From an uncultured candidatus Porisulfidus sp. (lineage in GTDB: Bacteria > Pseudomonadota > Gammaproteobacteria > Poriferisulfidales > Poriferisulfidaceae): a stretch of DNA of 64,000 nucleotides. The position numbers and the translations under genes are program-made. The stretch is taken from assembly GCA_965116025.1 (NCBI GenBank), contig OZ220480.1, positions 512,001 to 576,000 on the forward strand, read 5' to 3'. Numbering within the stretch: position 1 is the stretch's first letter; the number at the start of each line of letters is the position of its first letter. Shown here in pieces: positions 21,188 through 30,363 of this stretch. Below the pieces are notes generated by a model. That model was given only the letters and a program-made list of their open reading frames with translations. It was not told the DNA's origin and ran no database searches.

Positions 21188-21425
21188 GCTAGGCAAGCGG
21201 GCATCATAAAGAAGCCGGGCGCGAGACGCATGGCGGAAGAAAGCCTAGCTACCGCGCTCTTCGGAAAGCCGCGAACTTTCCAGACGATATTCAAGTCATC
21301 AGCCGAGTGGAACGCGCGAGTTTCGAGGCATGCGGAATATCAAGCCGCGCAGTCGATGACCGCCCAAGAGCGGAGGACCGTTCACGGAAATCGCTTCCGG
21401 CGGAATCGGCCGATCCGTCGCGGAG

Positions 21426-21617
21426 TCACGTCCAATTCCCGAAATTTCCGGTCTCCTTTTCCTTACCGTCCTCGAAGCCGGCCTGATAGGCCTCAGTGAC
21501 GCGCTGCTCCTCACGCGGCGGATGGCCCAGATAGCCGCCCTGCCAGCCAAGAACGTACTCGGGGTTAACTCCCAGCTCCTCCATGCGGGTGATCGCGTCT
21601 CGATAGGTTTGATCCAT
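21426..21617 (-). CDS. Alvin_2107-family sulfur globule oxidation protein
   Basis: 63 aa, Y...MEELGV..EYVLGWQGGYLGHPPREEQRVTEAY.AG..DG signature. Confidence 0.8.
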   Translation of the reverse strand: MDQTYRDAITRMEELGVNPEYVLGWQGGYLGHPPREEQRVTEAYQAGFEDGKEKETGNFGNWT

Positions 21618-21718
21618 TAGTCTTCCGCTCGCTCGTCCACGAGAGATCGCATTTTAACACGTCTCCCGCTTCGTCTGCTCTAAAATACGCCTCCGCCAGC
21701 GATCCACCCTCCAACCCG

Positions 21719-22042
21719 ATGTCCCGCGCACGAATCCCCGCCTTGCGCCACCTGGCCCAGACGCTCCCGCTCGGCGTGGGAGTCGCGCTGGCGGCTCTTT
21801 ATCTGATCCAGTTCGACGATCCGCCCTACCCCGCTCTAGTGCCCGTCGCCTTCTGGTTCTTCTACTTGATGTATCTGAGCCTGCTCTGGTCGCTTCGACT
21901 TCTGGGCGGCGGACCCTCGATCTGGCGACAGTCCATGGCGCTCATCGCGAGCGCGACGCTCACCGTCGCCCTGTATCTGGCCGGCCACGTCGGCGAGCAG
22001 CAGCGCGACATCCATCTGCGGGACCGCAGTCTCAGCGACTGA
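21719..22042 (+). CDS. Hypothetical membrane protein (3 TM)
   Basis: Three hydrophobic segments; ends 2 nt before cysS. Confidence 0.6.
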   Translation: MSRARIPALRHLAQTLPLGVGVALAALYLIQFDDPPYPALVPVAFWFFYLMYLSLLWSLRLLGGGPSIWRQSMALIASATLTVALYLAGHVGEQQRDIHLRDRSLSD

Positions 22043-22044
22043 CC

Positions 22045-23418
22045 ATGCTTCGCCTTCATGACACCGCGACGCGCGCGAAGCGCGTCTTCGAGCCGCTCGA
22101 CCCGGAGCGCGTCACCCTGTACGTCTGCGGCCCCACCGTCTACGACCACATTCATATCGGCAACGCTCGCCCGCTGGTAGTGTTCGACGTGCTGGTCCGG
22201 GCGCTGCGCCGTCTCTATCCCCAAGTGATCTACGCGCGCAATCTGACCGACATCGACGACAAGATTCTGGCCCGGGCCGAGCGGGAGGGCTGCCGGCACG
22301 ACGAGCTGACCGCCCGCTTCACTCAGGCCTTCCACGACGTATGCGACAGGCTTGGAGGGCTCCCTGTGGATCTGGAGCCACGGGCGACCGAGACCATTCC
22401 AGCCATGCTGGAGATGATCCAGACCTTGCTGGATTCGGGCCACGCCTACCAGGCGGAGGAGCACGTCCTGTTTTCGGTGGAACGTTTCGAGGGGTACGGC
22501 GCCCTGTCGGGTCGGCGCGTGGAGGAGATGAGCCCCGGCGCCCGCGTGAAGGTCGCCGACTACAAGCGCGACCCGGCGGATTTCGTGCTGTGGAAGCCCT
22601 CGACGCCGGAGCAACCGGGGTGGGACGGCCCGTTCGGGCGAGGACGGCCAGGCTGGCACCTGGAGTGCTCCTGCATGATCGCCCACCATTTGGGTCCAAC
22701 CATCGACATTCATGGCGGCGGGCAGGACCTGGTGTTTCCTCACCATGAGAACGAGCGCGCGCAGAGTCTCTGCGCCTATCCCGGCGAATCGTTCGCGCGA
22801 CTGTGGATGCACAACGGCTACGTCACGGTCGACGGCGAGAAGATGTCCAAGTCCATAGGCAACGTCCGCCTGGTCCAGGACCTGCTCAACCAACACCCGG
22901 GCGAGCTGTTGCGCCTCGCCCTGCTGCACGCGCATTACCGCAAGCCGCTGGACTGGACCGACGACCTGCTCGTCGAGGCCCGCCAGACCCTGGACCGGCT
23001 TTACCGCGCTTGGCAAGACGCGGGGAGCCCGGAAGCCGACGGGATTGAGCCGGACGCGGAATTCCTGCAGGCCCTGCATGACGACCTGAACACCCCACTG
23101 GCCCTGCGGCGCCTTCGGCGCGAGGCCGCGGACCTAGCCCATTTGCGGGGAGCGCGCCGGACGGAGGCCGCCCAGCGGTTGCGCGCGGGCGCCCAAACGC
23201 TCGGACTGCTCGAGTCCTCCGCCGAGGAATGGTTCCATGCCAGCGCGGCTTCTGGAGGACTGGACGACGCCGAGATCGAGTCCCTGCTGGCCGAGCGGGA
23301 GACCGCCCGCCAAAACGGGGACTACGTGGAGGCCGACCGCATCCGCGAGAAACTGACGGAGGCGGGAATCGCGGTCGAGGACCTGGCTGGCGGCAGCCAC
23401 TGGCGGCGAGTCATGTAG
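22045..23418 (+). CDS. cysS: Cysteine--tRNA ligase
   Basis: YVCGPTVYD, HIGN, GRPGWHLECS, HHENE, KMSKS. Confidence 0.97.
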   Translation: MLRLHDTATRAKRVFEPLDPERVTLYVCGPTVYDHIHIGNARPLVVFDVLVRALRRLYPQVIYARNLTDIDDKILARAEREGCRHDELTARFTQAFHDVCDRLGGLPVDLEPRATETIPAMLEMIQTLLDSGHAYQAEEHVLFSVERFEGYGALSGRRVEEMSPGARVKVADYKRDPADFVLWKPSTPEQPGWDGPFGRGRPGWHLECSCMIAHHLGPTIDIHGGGQDLVFPHHENERAQSLCAYPGESFARLWMHNGYVTVDGEKMSKSIGNVRLVQDLLNQHPGELLRLALLHAHYRKPLDWTDDLLVEARQTLDRLYRAWQDAGSPEADGIEPDAEFLQALHDDLNTPLALRRLRREAADLAHLRGARRTEAAQRLRAGAQTLGLLESSAEEWFHASAASGGLDDAEIESLLAERETARQNGDYVEADRIREKLTEAGIAVEDLAGGSHWRRVM

Positions 23419-23451
23419 ACTGCATCGTCGGAATAGTTTTTTCTTCGCGCG

Positions 23452-23922
23452 ATGGCTTCTTTGTTTTTTCCTCGGGAGAGCGTCGAGCAGGTCGAGGAAG
23501 GCGACCGGCTGGCGCCGAAATTCGATTCGAACGGCCTGATCCCCGTCGTCACGACCGACCACGAATCCGGCGACGTGCTGATGGTCGCATGCCAGAACGC
23601 GGAGGCGCTGAGGCGAACCATCGAGAGCGGCGAGGCCTGGTACTACAGCCGCAGTCGCCAGTGCCTGTGGCGCAAGGGCGACACCAGCGGGCTCGTGCAG
23701 AAGGTGCGCGAGCTGCGCGTCGATGACGACCAGGACGCCATCTGGATGCGGGTGACGGTGGAAGGCTCCGGGGCCAGTTGCCATGTCGGCTACCGCTCCT
23801 GCTTCTACCGCAGGGTGCCTACGGGAAAGTCGGCCGGGCGGGCGCTGGAGTTTCTGGAACGCGAGAAAACCTTCGATCCCGAGGAAGTCTACGGCGACGC
23901 TGAGAACCCGACCCGCCTGTAG
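23452..23922 (+). CDS. hisI: Phosphoribosyl-AMP cyclohydrolase
   Basis: [32 protein letters not shown]. Confidence 0.92.
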   Translation: MASLFFPRESVEQVEEGDRLAPKFDSNGLIPVVTTDHESGDVLMVACQNAEALRRTIESGEAWYYSRSRQCLWRKGDTSGLVQKVRELRVDDDQDAIWMRVTVEGSGASCHVGYRSCFYRRVPTGKSAGRALEFLEREKTFDPEEVYGDAENPTRL

Positions 23923-23937
23923 GTCGGGGAATCCCCG

Positions 23938-26900
23938 ATGTCCTCGACTTTCCGACTGCTGCTGACACGGCGGCTCGGCCCCTTCTTTCTCACCCAACTG
24001 ACCGGGGCGTACAACGACAACGTCTTTCGCAACGCCCTGGTCGTCCTGATCACCTATCGCATCACCGAGCTGGCCGGGTTCGGCAGCGAGCAGTTGGTCG
24101 CCGCTTCCGCCGGCATATTCCTGCTTCCGTTCCTGCTGTTTTCCGCTCTCGGAGGGAAGCTGGCCGACCATCTCCCGCGCCACCGACTGATCCAGCGCAT
24201 CAAACTGGCGGAATGCGTTCTGATGGCGCTGACCTGGATCGGCTTCGCCACCGGGTCGATCGGCTTCCTGTTCGCTATCCTGTTCCTGACCGGATTGCAG
24301 TCCGCCCTGTTCGGCCCGGTGAAGTACGCCATCCTTCCCGGCCTGCTGTCGCGCGCCGAACTGCTGGCCGGAAACGCTTGGGTGGCGGTCGGCACGTTCG
24401 TCTCGATTTTGGCCGGCAGCCTGACCGGCGCGTTGCTCATCGGCGTTCCCGACGCCTCTCTCTGGGTTCCCGGCGTGCTGGTGGCGAGCGCGGCCGCGGG
24501 CTACCTGGCGAGTCACCGGATCCCGGTCCAGCCCCCCGGAGAGGCCGGACTGCGATTCTCTCTCGAGCCTTTCGGCGAGACATGGCGAATCCTGCGCGAG
24601 GGGCTGGCCGAGCCGCGCCTGGCTTGGCTGATGCTCGCCATCAGCTGGTTCTGGATGATCGGGGTGGGCATGCTCGTGCAGCTGCCGCTGTTCGTCCGAG
24701 ACGTTCTGGCTGGCGACGAGCGGGCGATGGCCGGAGCGCTCGCGATCTTCACCGTCGGGGTCGGTCTCGGAGCCCTGCTCTGCAACCGCTGGCTCGGCAG
24801 CGCGGCGCGGGCGACCTGGGCGCCACTGGCCGCGGCGGCCCTCGGCGCCGGATTCGCGGCACTGAGCCTCGCGCCCCAGGCCGACGCTCCGCTCCGCGGT
24901 TTCGGCGCGTTGCTGGAAGACCCCCAGGCCGTGAGCTCCCTTGGGATTCTGCTCGCGGTCGCCGTGGCGGGAGGCTTCTACGTCACGCCGCTATACACCC
25001 TGGTGCAGCAACGCGCTCCAGAAGAACGGCGCGCTCGGATCATCGCCTGCAACAATATTCTCAACGCCCTTTTCATGGTGCTGGCGTCGGTGATGTCGAT
25101 CACCATTTTCCAGTTTGGGGGAACCATCGCCACTCTATGGCTGGCGATGGCCGCGACCGCCGTCGCCGCGGCTCTGGCCTTGCTGCTCATCACGCGCGGC
25201 GGCTTTCGCCGCGTCCCTCTGTGGACGGTCGCGTCACTCGCGCTAACCTCGGAGTCCCCGCCGCCCGGCTCGCTGGTTTTCGCCCGGCGCGGAAGCGCGT
25301 GGGTCGCCTGGGCGCTGGCGGCCGCCATTCCAAGCAAGACCGAGATTCACCTCGATCCTTCTCTAGCGCGTCGCGCCAGCATGCGCCTGCTCGCCCGCTG
25401 GGCTCGACTGAGACCGCTGGATCCCGCCGCCATTGATGATCAATGGCCGGACAGCGGGTACGGAGGCGACGCGTCGCCCGTCACGTTGATTCTTTTCTCG
25501 GCCGACCCGCGCGGCCAAGCCGCAACGCTGGAGCTGACGCGGATCGCCCGGCAGAGATCGGACCGCCCCGTCTGGGTCGCGCGCGCTAGCGACCCGGGAC
25601 TCCGCGCGCCACGTCTCTACCCGCGCGTTCAGGTGGGATTCGAGCGTTGCCCACTACCGCCGCGCGCGAGCGAGGACCCTGAGGCCGCCCGCCGCGAAGC
25701 CCTGAAGATCTACGACGCGCTGTGCGATCTGGACTACCGGACGCGACGCGAGGAACGCTCGACGCTGCAATCCCTGTACGCCGCCGCCCGAAAGTTCGGG
25801 GGCGGTTACCCTATTCTGGCCGATCTGGAGCGGTCCCTAACCTATCGCCAATTGCTGCGAGCGGTCCACGCCGTCGCCCTGTCGCTTGAGCGGACCTTGC
25901 CCAAGGAACAGGACACGATCGGCATTTTGCTTCCGAACGTGACGGCCATGCCGGTCATCTTCTTCGCCTCGCACGCGCTGGGCCGCGTCCCGGTCATGCT
26001 TAATTACACCGCCGGGCCGAGCAACGTCGTCAGCGCGTGCCGCACCGCGGGGCTGACCCACATCGTGACGTCCCGCCAGTTCGTCGAGAAAGCCGGCTTG
26101 GGAGATATGGCCGACGCCCTCGCCAAGGACCACATCCTGATTTGGCTGGAAGACCTGAGGGCGCGGATGAGCGGCGGCGTGAAGGTCGCCGCCGCCTGGC
26201 GCGCCGCCCGCCCTCCGCGAGGCAGCGACCCCTCAGATCCCGCCGTGGTGTTGTTCACATCTGGATCCGAGGGCGAGCCCAAAGGCGTGGTGCTGAGTCA
26301 CCGGAACCTGCAACGCAATCGATGCCAGGTCCGCGCCGTGCTGGACCTGAGCCCCGAAGATCGCCTGCTGCTGTGCCTCCCGACCTTTCACTCGTTCGCC
26401 CTTGGCGTCGGTTTGCTACTTCCGCTGATGTCCGGAATCCGCTGCCACCTGTATCCCAGTCCGCTGCTCTACAAGCAGATTCCGAAACGAATCCGCGAAC
26501 TCGGCATCACCGTGTTCTTCTCCACCGACACGTTCCTGAAAGGGTACGGGCAGGCGGCGAGCCGAAAAGACCTCGAGAGCCTGCGGCTGATCGTGGCGGG
26601 GGCCGAACCCCTCAAGTCGAGCACCCGGAAGCTCTGGAAAGAGCGTTTCGGGCTGACCGTCCACGAAGGATACGGAGTGACCGAGACCTCTCCCGCGGTG
26701 AGCGCCAACACGCCCGCCTGTGATCGTCCCGGGTCGGTCGGCCGCCTGATGCCGGAGATCGAGGCGCGCCTCGAGCCGCTGGGCGAGGATCAAGACGGCG
26801 GTGTCCCCGTCCGCCGAGGCCGCCTGTTCCTGCGCGGCCCGAACGTGATGTCCGGCTATTGGATGCCCGGAGAGAATCGGTTGTTGACGCCGCCGGACGA

Positions 26901-27282
26901 CGGCTGGCACGACACCGGCGATGTCGCCGAACTCGATGAGGACGGCTTCCTGTTCCTGCGCGGGCGCGCCAAGCGCTTCGCCAAGATCGGTGGCGAGATG
27001 GTGTCGCTGGCCCATGTGGAACAGCAGGTCAGCGAAGTATGGCCGGAATCCCGCCATATCGTCTGCGCGGTCGAGCATCCGACACGCGGCGAGCAACTGG
27101 TGCTAATCACCGAGCGGCCGGAACCGGACCGAAACCTGCTAGGACAGGCGCTGGGCAAGCGGGGAGTGGCCGAGTTGGCGCGTCCGCGACTGATTCTTCC
27201 AGTCGAAAGCCTGCCACTCCTAGGTAGCGGAAAGCCAGACCTGCGAAAGGCGCAGGAGCTGGCCCTCTCGGTGCTACACTAG
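23938..27282 (+). CDS. LplT(MFS)-Aas-type fusion (lysophospholipid transporter / degenerate acyltransferase / acyl-ACP synthetase)
   Basis: TQ..GAYNDN and QSALFGPVKY MFS N-terminus; FTSGSEGEPKGVVLSH, EGYG.TE.SP, RAKRFAKIGGEMVSL, LGSGK.D C-terminus. Confidence 0.88.
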   Translation: MSSTFRLLLTRRLGPFFLTQLTGAYNDNVFRNALVVLITYRITELAGFGSEQLVAASAGIFLLPFLLFSALGGKLADHLPRHRLIQRIKLAECVLMALTWIGFATGSIGFLFAILFLTGLQSALFGPVKYAILPGLLSRAELLAGNAWVAVGTFVSILAGSLTGALLIGVPDASLWVPGVLVASAAAGYLASHRIPVQPPGEAGLRFSLEPFGETWRILREGLAEPRLAWLMLAISWFWMIGVGMLVQLPLFVRDVLAGDERAMAGALAIFTVGVGLGALLCNRWLGSAARATWAPLAAAALGAGFAALSLAPQADAPLRGFGALLEDPQAVSSLGILLAVAVAGGFYVTPLYTLVQQRAPEERRARIIACNNILNALFMVLASVMSITIFQFGGTIATLWLAMAATAVAAALALLLITRGGFRRVPLWTVASLALTSESPPPGSLVFARRGSAWVAWALAAAIPSKTEIHLDPSLARRASMRLLARWARLRPLDPAAIDDQWPDSGYGGDASPVTLILFSADPRGQAATLELTRIARQRSDRPVWVARASDPGLRAPRLYPRVQVGFERCPLPPRASEDPEAARREALKIYDALCDLDYRTRREERSTLQSLYAAARKFGGGYPILADLERSLTYRQLLRAVHAVALSLERTLPKEQDTIGILLPNVTAMPVIFFASHALGRVPVMLNYTAGPSNVVSACRTAGLTHIVTSRQFVEKAGLGDMADALAKDHILIWLEDLRARMSGGVKVAAAWRAARPPRGSDPSDPAVVLFTSGSEGEPKGVVLSHRNLQRNRCQVRAVLDLSPEDRLLLCLPTFHSFALGVGLLLPLMSGIRCHLYPSPLLYKQIPKRIRELGITVFFSTDTFLKGYGQAASRKDLESLRLIVAGAEPLKSSTRKLWKERFGLTVHEGYGVTETSPAVSANTPACDRPGSVGRLMPEIEARLEPLGEDQDGGVPVRRGRLFLRGPNVMSGYWMPGENRLLTPPDDGWHDTGDVAELDEDGFLFLRGRAKRFAKIGGEMVSLAHVEQQVSEVWPESRHIVCAVEHPTRGEQLVLITERPEPDRNLLGQALGKRGVAELARPRLILPVESLPLLGSGKPDLRKAQELALSVLH

Positions 27283-27337
27283 CCTCCAGACTCGCGGATC
27301 AGAGCGGTCTCCCACGGAAGTCCATCGCGCGGCGCGC

Positions 27338-28849
27338 ATGCGAGAAATCACACCGGTCTCGATGGATCTGCTGCTGAGCGCGGTGGATATCCTGGCCTCC
27401 GTCCTGTTGCTCGGAATCGGGGTCCTGATCTTGGTCGCGATGGCGCTCTACATCATCGACGCCACGCAGACCCGCCACGCGGTGCGCCGCAACTACCCCG
27501 TCATCGGACGCTTCCGGTACTGGTTCGAGCATCTGGGGGAGTTCTTCCGCCAGTACTTCTTCGCCATGGACCGCGAGGAGATGCCGTTCAACCGGGCGCA
27601 ACGCTCCTGGATCTACCGCGCCAGCAAGAACATCACCAATACCCTGCCATTCGGCTCGACCCGGGATCTGACGCGCCCCGGAACCATCCTGTTCGTCAAC
27701 GACCCCTACCCGGATCTGAGCCAGAAAGACGTCCGTCCTCCTCCGCTGACCATCGGCCCGGACACCGCCGAACCCTACTCCAGCGAACGTTTCTTCCATA
27801 TTTCCGGGATGAGCTACGGCGCGATCTCGAACGTCGCCGTCAAGGCGCTGTCGCGCGGCGCCGCCAAGGCGGGCTGCTGGCTCAATACCGGCGAGGGCGG
27901 GCTGTCTCCGTATCACCTGGAGGGCGGCTGCGATCTCGTCTTCCAGATCGGGACCGCCAAGTATGGCGCGCGCGACGAGCGCGGCGGCCTGTCGGAGGCG
28001 CGCGTCCGGGAGCTGGCCCAAATCCCGCAAGTGCGCATGTTCGAGATCAAGCTCTCCCAAGGCGCCAAGCCCGGCATGGGCGGGCTTCTGCCGGGGATCA
28101 AGGTGACGGAGGAGATCGCCCGAATCCGCGGCATCCCGCAAGGCAAGACCTCGCGTAGCCCACGGCGACATCCAGAGATCGGCAACTCCGCGGAGTTGCT
28201 CGACATGGTCGCCCGACTCCGGGATCTGGCCGGCAAGCCGGTCGGCTTCAAGACCGTGATCGGCTCCGAGCGAACGCTGGACGACTGGATTGAGGAGATT
28301 CTGCGCCGGGGGAGCGACTCCGCGCCGGATTTCATCACCGTCGACAGTTGCGATGGCGGTAGCGGGGCCGCGCCGATGCCCCTGCTCGATTCCGTTGGGC
28401 TGCCATTGCGCGAGAGCCTTCCGATGGTGGTCGACCGCCTGGAGCGGAGCGGCCTGCGCGAGCGCGTCCGCGTCATCGCGTCCGGCAAGCAGGTAAATCC
28501 GACCGACGTCGCCTGGGCCTTGTGCCTGGGCGCGGACTTCGTCTGCTCGGCGCGCGCCTTCATGTTCGCGCTTGGCTGCATCCAAGCCATGCAGTGCAAC
28601 CGCAACACCTGTCCCACCGGGGTAACCACGCACGACCCGCGGTTGCAGCAGGGACTGGACCCGGTCGACAAGGCCGTTCGGGTCGCCCACCTCGCGCGCA
28701 ACATGGAGGCGGAGGTCGCCATGATCGCCCACTCCTGCGGCGTCTCCCACCCGCGCGCGCTGGATCGGACCCACGCGCGCATCGTGCAGCCGAACGGCCT
28801 GAGCGTCTCGCTGCGTCAGCTCTATCCTCCGCCCGCCCGCGCCGCCTGA
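27338..28849 (+). CDS. FMN-binding glutamate synthase family protein
   Basis: SGMSYGA, NTGEGG, FEIKLSQGAKPG.GG, GCIQAMQC..NTCPTGVTT; N-terminal TM helix. Confidence 0.92.
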   Translation: MREITPVSMDLLLSAVDILASVLLLGIGVLILVAMALYIIDATQTRHAVRRNYPVIGRFRYWFEHLGEFFRQYFFAMDREEMPFNRAQRSWIYRASKNITNTLPFGSTRDLTRPGTILFVNDPYPDLSQKDVRPPPLTIGPDTAEPYSSERFFHISGMSYGAISNVAVKALSRGAAKAGCWLNTGEGGLSPYHLEGGCDLVFQIGTAKYGARDERGGLSEARVRELAQIPQVRMFEIKLSQGAKPGMGGLLPGIKVTEEIARIRGIPQGKTSRSPRRHPEIGNSAELLDMVARLRDLAGKPVGFKTVIGSERTLDDWIEEILRRGSDSAPDFITVDSCDGGSGAAPMPLLDSVGLPLRESLPMVVDRLERSGLRERVRVIASGKQVNPTDVAWALCLGADFVCSARAFMFALGCIQAMQCNRNTCPTGVTTHDPRLQQGLDPVDKAVRVAHLARNMEAEVAMIAHSCGVSHPRALDRTHARIVQPNGLSVSLRQLYPPPARAA

Positions 28850-28855
28850 TCCGAC

Positions 28856-30106
28856 ATGGAGCTGGTTCTCCTGATCTCCAGCCTCGCGGGCCTGCTGCTC
28901 TTGGGTCTGGTCCTGAAACCCATCCTCAACTACCTGAGGTTTCCGTTCGAGGCGCTGCTTCTCCTCCTCGGCTTCGCCTTCAGCGGGCTGTTCCTCGACG
29001 CCGACCAGCTGGGCCTGCACAGCGGCATGCTGCGCGACATGGTGTTCTACGTGTTCCTGCCCATCCTGATTTTCTCCGCCGCCTACAGCATGGACGTTCC
29101 GAGGTTCGCGCGCAACCTGCCCGGCATCCTTCTTCTGGCGCTGCCGCTGGCGCTGATTTCCCTGGCCCTCACAACCGTGCTGATCTATTACGGCATCAGT
29201 CATCCAACCGGATTTCCGTGGATCGCCGCGCTCCTGACCGGCACCATGCTGATCGCCACGCACAGCCAGGCTCTCCAGCAAGTGTTTCGACACCTGAATC
29301 TGCCTCCAGATCTGCGCACCCTGATCCAAGGGGAGGATCTGCTGAACAACGCGCTCGGCATCGTGCTGTTCGCGCTCCTGCTGGCTTTCGCGCTGGAGCC
29401 CGATCTGGCGCTCGCCCCCGGAGAGATCGCGCTCTACATCGCCTGGGAAGTGATCGGCGGCGCCGTCGTCGGGCTCGCCATCGGCTTCTTCGCGCTAATC
29501 TTCCTCCGGGTGCGCCATCCTTCGCCCCACGAGGTGGCCCTGTTCACCCTGGTCACCGCCTATATGGCGTACTTGGTCGCGGACCACGCGCTCAACGTCT
29601 CCGGTGTCCTGTCCGTGCTGGCGACCGCGCTGATCATGGGCCGCACCATGCACCAGGATTTGGACGCGCCCCGGGACCATTTCGTGGGCGAGTTCTGGCG
29701 CCTCATGGCGACCCTGGCCGAATCCATGCTGTTCCTGATGCTCGGAATCAGCATCTCGATCGACATCTTCTCCGAGCGCTATCTAGCCATCCTGATCGGC
29801 ATCGGCGCGGTGCTCCTGGCCCGCATCGCCGGACTCTCCCTAGTCATGCCGTTGCTGACTCGAACGAACAAGGCACTGAAGGGCCTGCCGGATCACAACA
29901 TCCTGTATTTCAGCAGCGCGCGCGGCGCCGTCACCGTGGGACTGGCGCTTAGCGTGCCGATCGCGCTCGACTACTGGTGGACGATCGAATCCATCGGCTT
30001 CGGGGTGGTGCTGTTCTCGGTGATGGTCCAAGCCCCCTTGCTGGAACTCTGGCGACGGAAAAAGCTGGAAAGCGGGGAAGCGGGGAAACGGGATGGCGTG
30101 AAGTGA
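28856..30106 (+). CDS. Cation:proton antiporter (CPA1/NhaP family)
   Basis: Multi-TM; FLP.LIF.AA, GEDLLNN (GESLxND variant), VSGVL, ARGAVT. Confidence 0.85.
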   Translation: MELVLLISSLAGLLLLGLVLKPILNYLRFPFEALLLLLGFAFSGLFLDADQLGLHSGMLRDMVFYVFLPILIFSAAYSMDVPRFARNLPGILLLALPLALISLALTTVLIYYGISHPTGFPWIAALLTGTMLIATHSQALQQVFRHLNLPPDLRTLIQGEDLLNNALGIVLFALLLAFALEPDLALAPGEIALYIAWEVIGGAVVGLAIGFFALIFLRVRHPSPHEVALFTLVTAYMAYLVADHALNVSGVLSVLATALIMGRTMHQDLDAPRDHFVGEFWRLMATLAESMLFLMLGISISIDIFSERYLAILIGIGAVLLARIAGLSLVMPLLTRTNKALKGLPDHNILYFSSARGAVTVGLALSVPIALDYWWTIESIGFGVVLFSVMVQAPLLELWRRKKLESGEAGKRDGVK

Positions 30107-30363
30107 GCGGGAGGATCCGAGAGGATCGTCGAGACCAGATCTCCGCTTGATACGGAGGAGCGCGAGACTTCAACCAAATCTCGCCAGATTCTCAGCTCAG
30201 CGCGGGCGATCCCACGCGGCGCTCGCTATCATCTGGAGCGCATCCAGCGCGAAATCAAGATGCCATCGCGGCAAGAAAAACTCTCCTTCAGAAAATAGCG
30301 AGGAGCCCATTTCCGGCAAGACGCGGCCCCAGCTTGAGCGCCGGGACCGCGATCAGAAACGGA

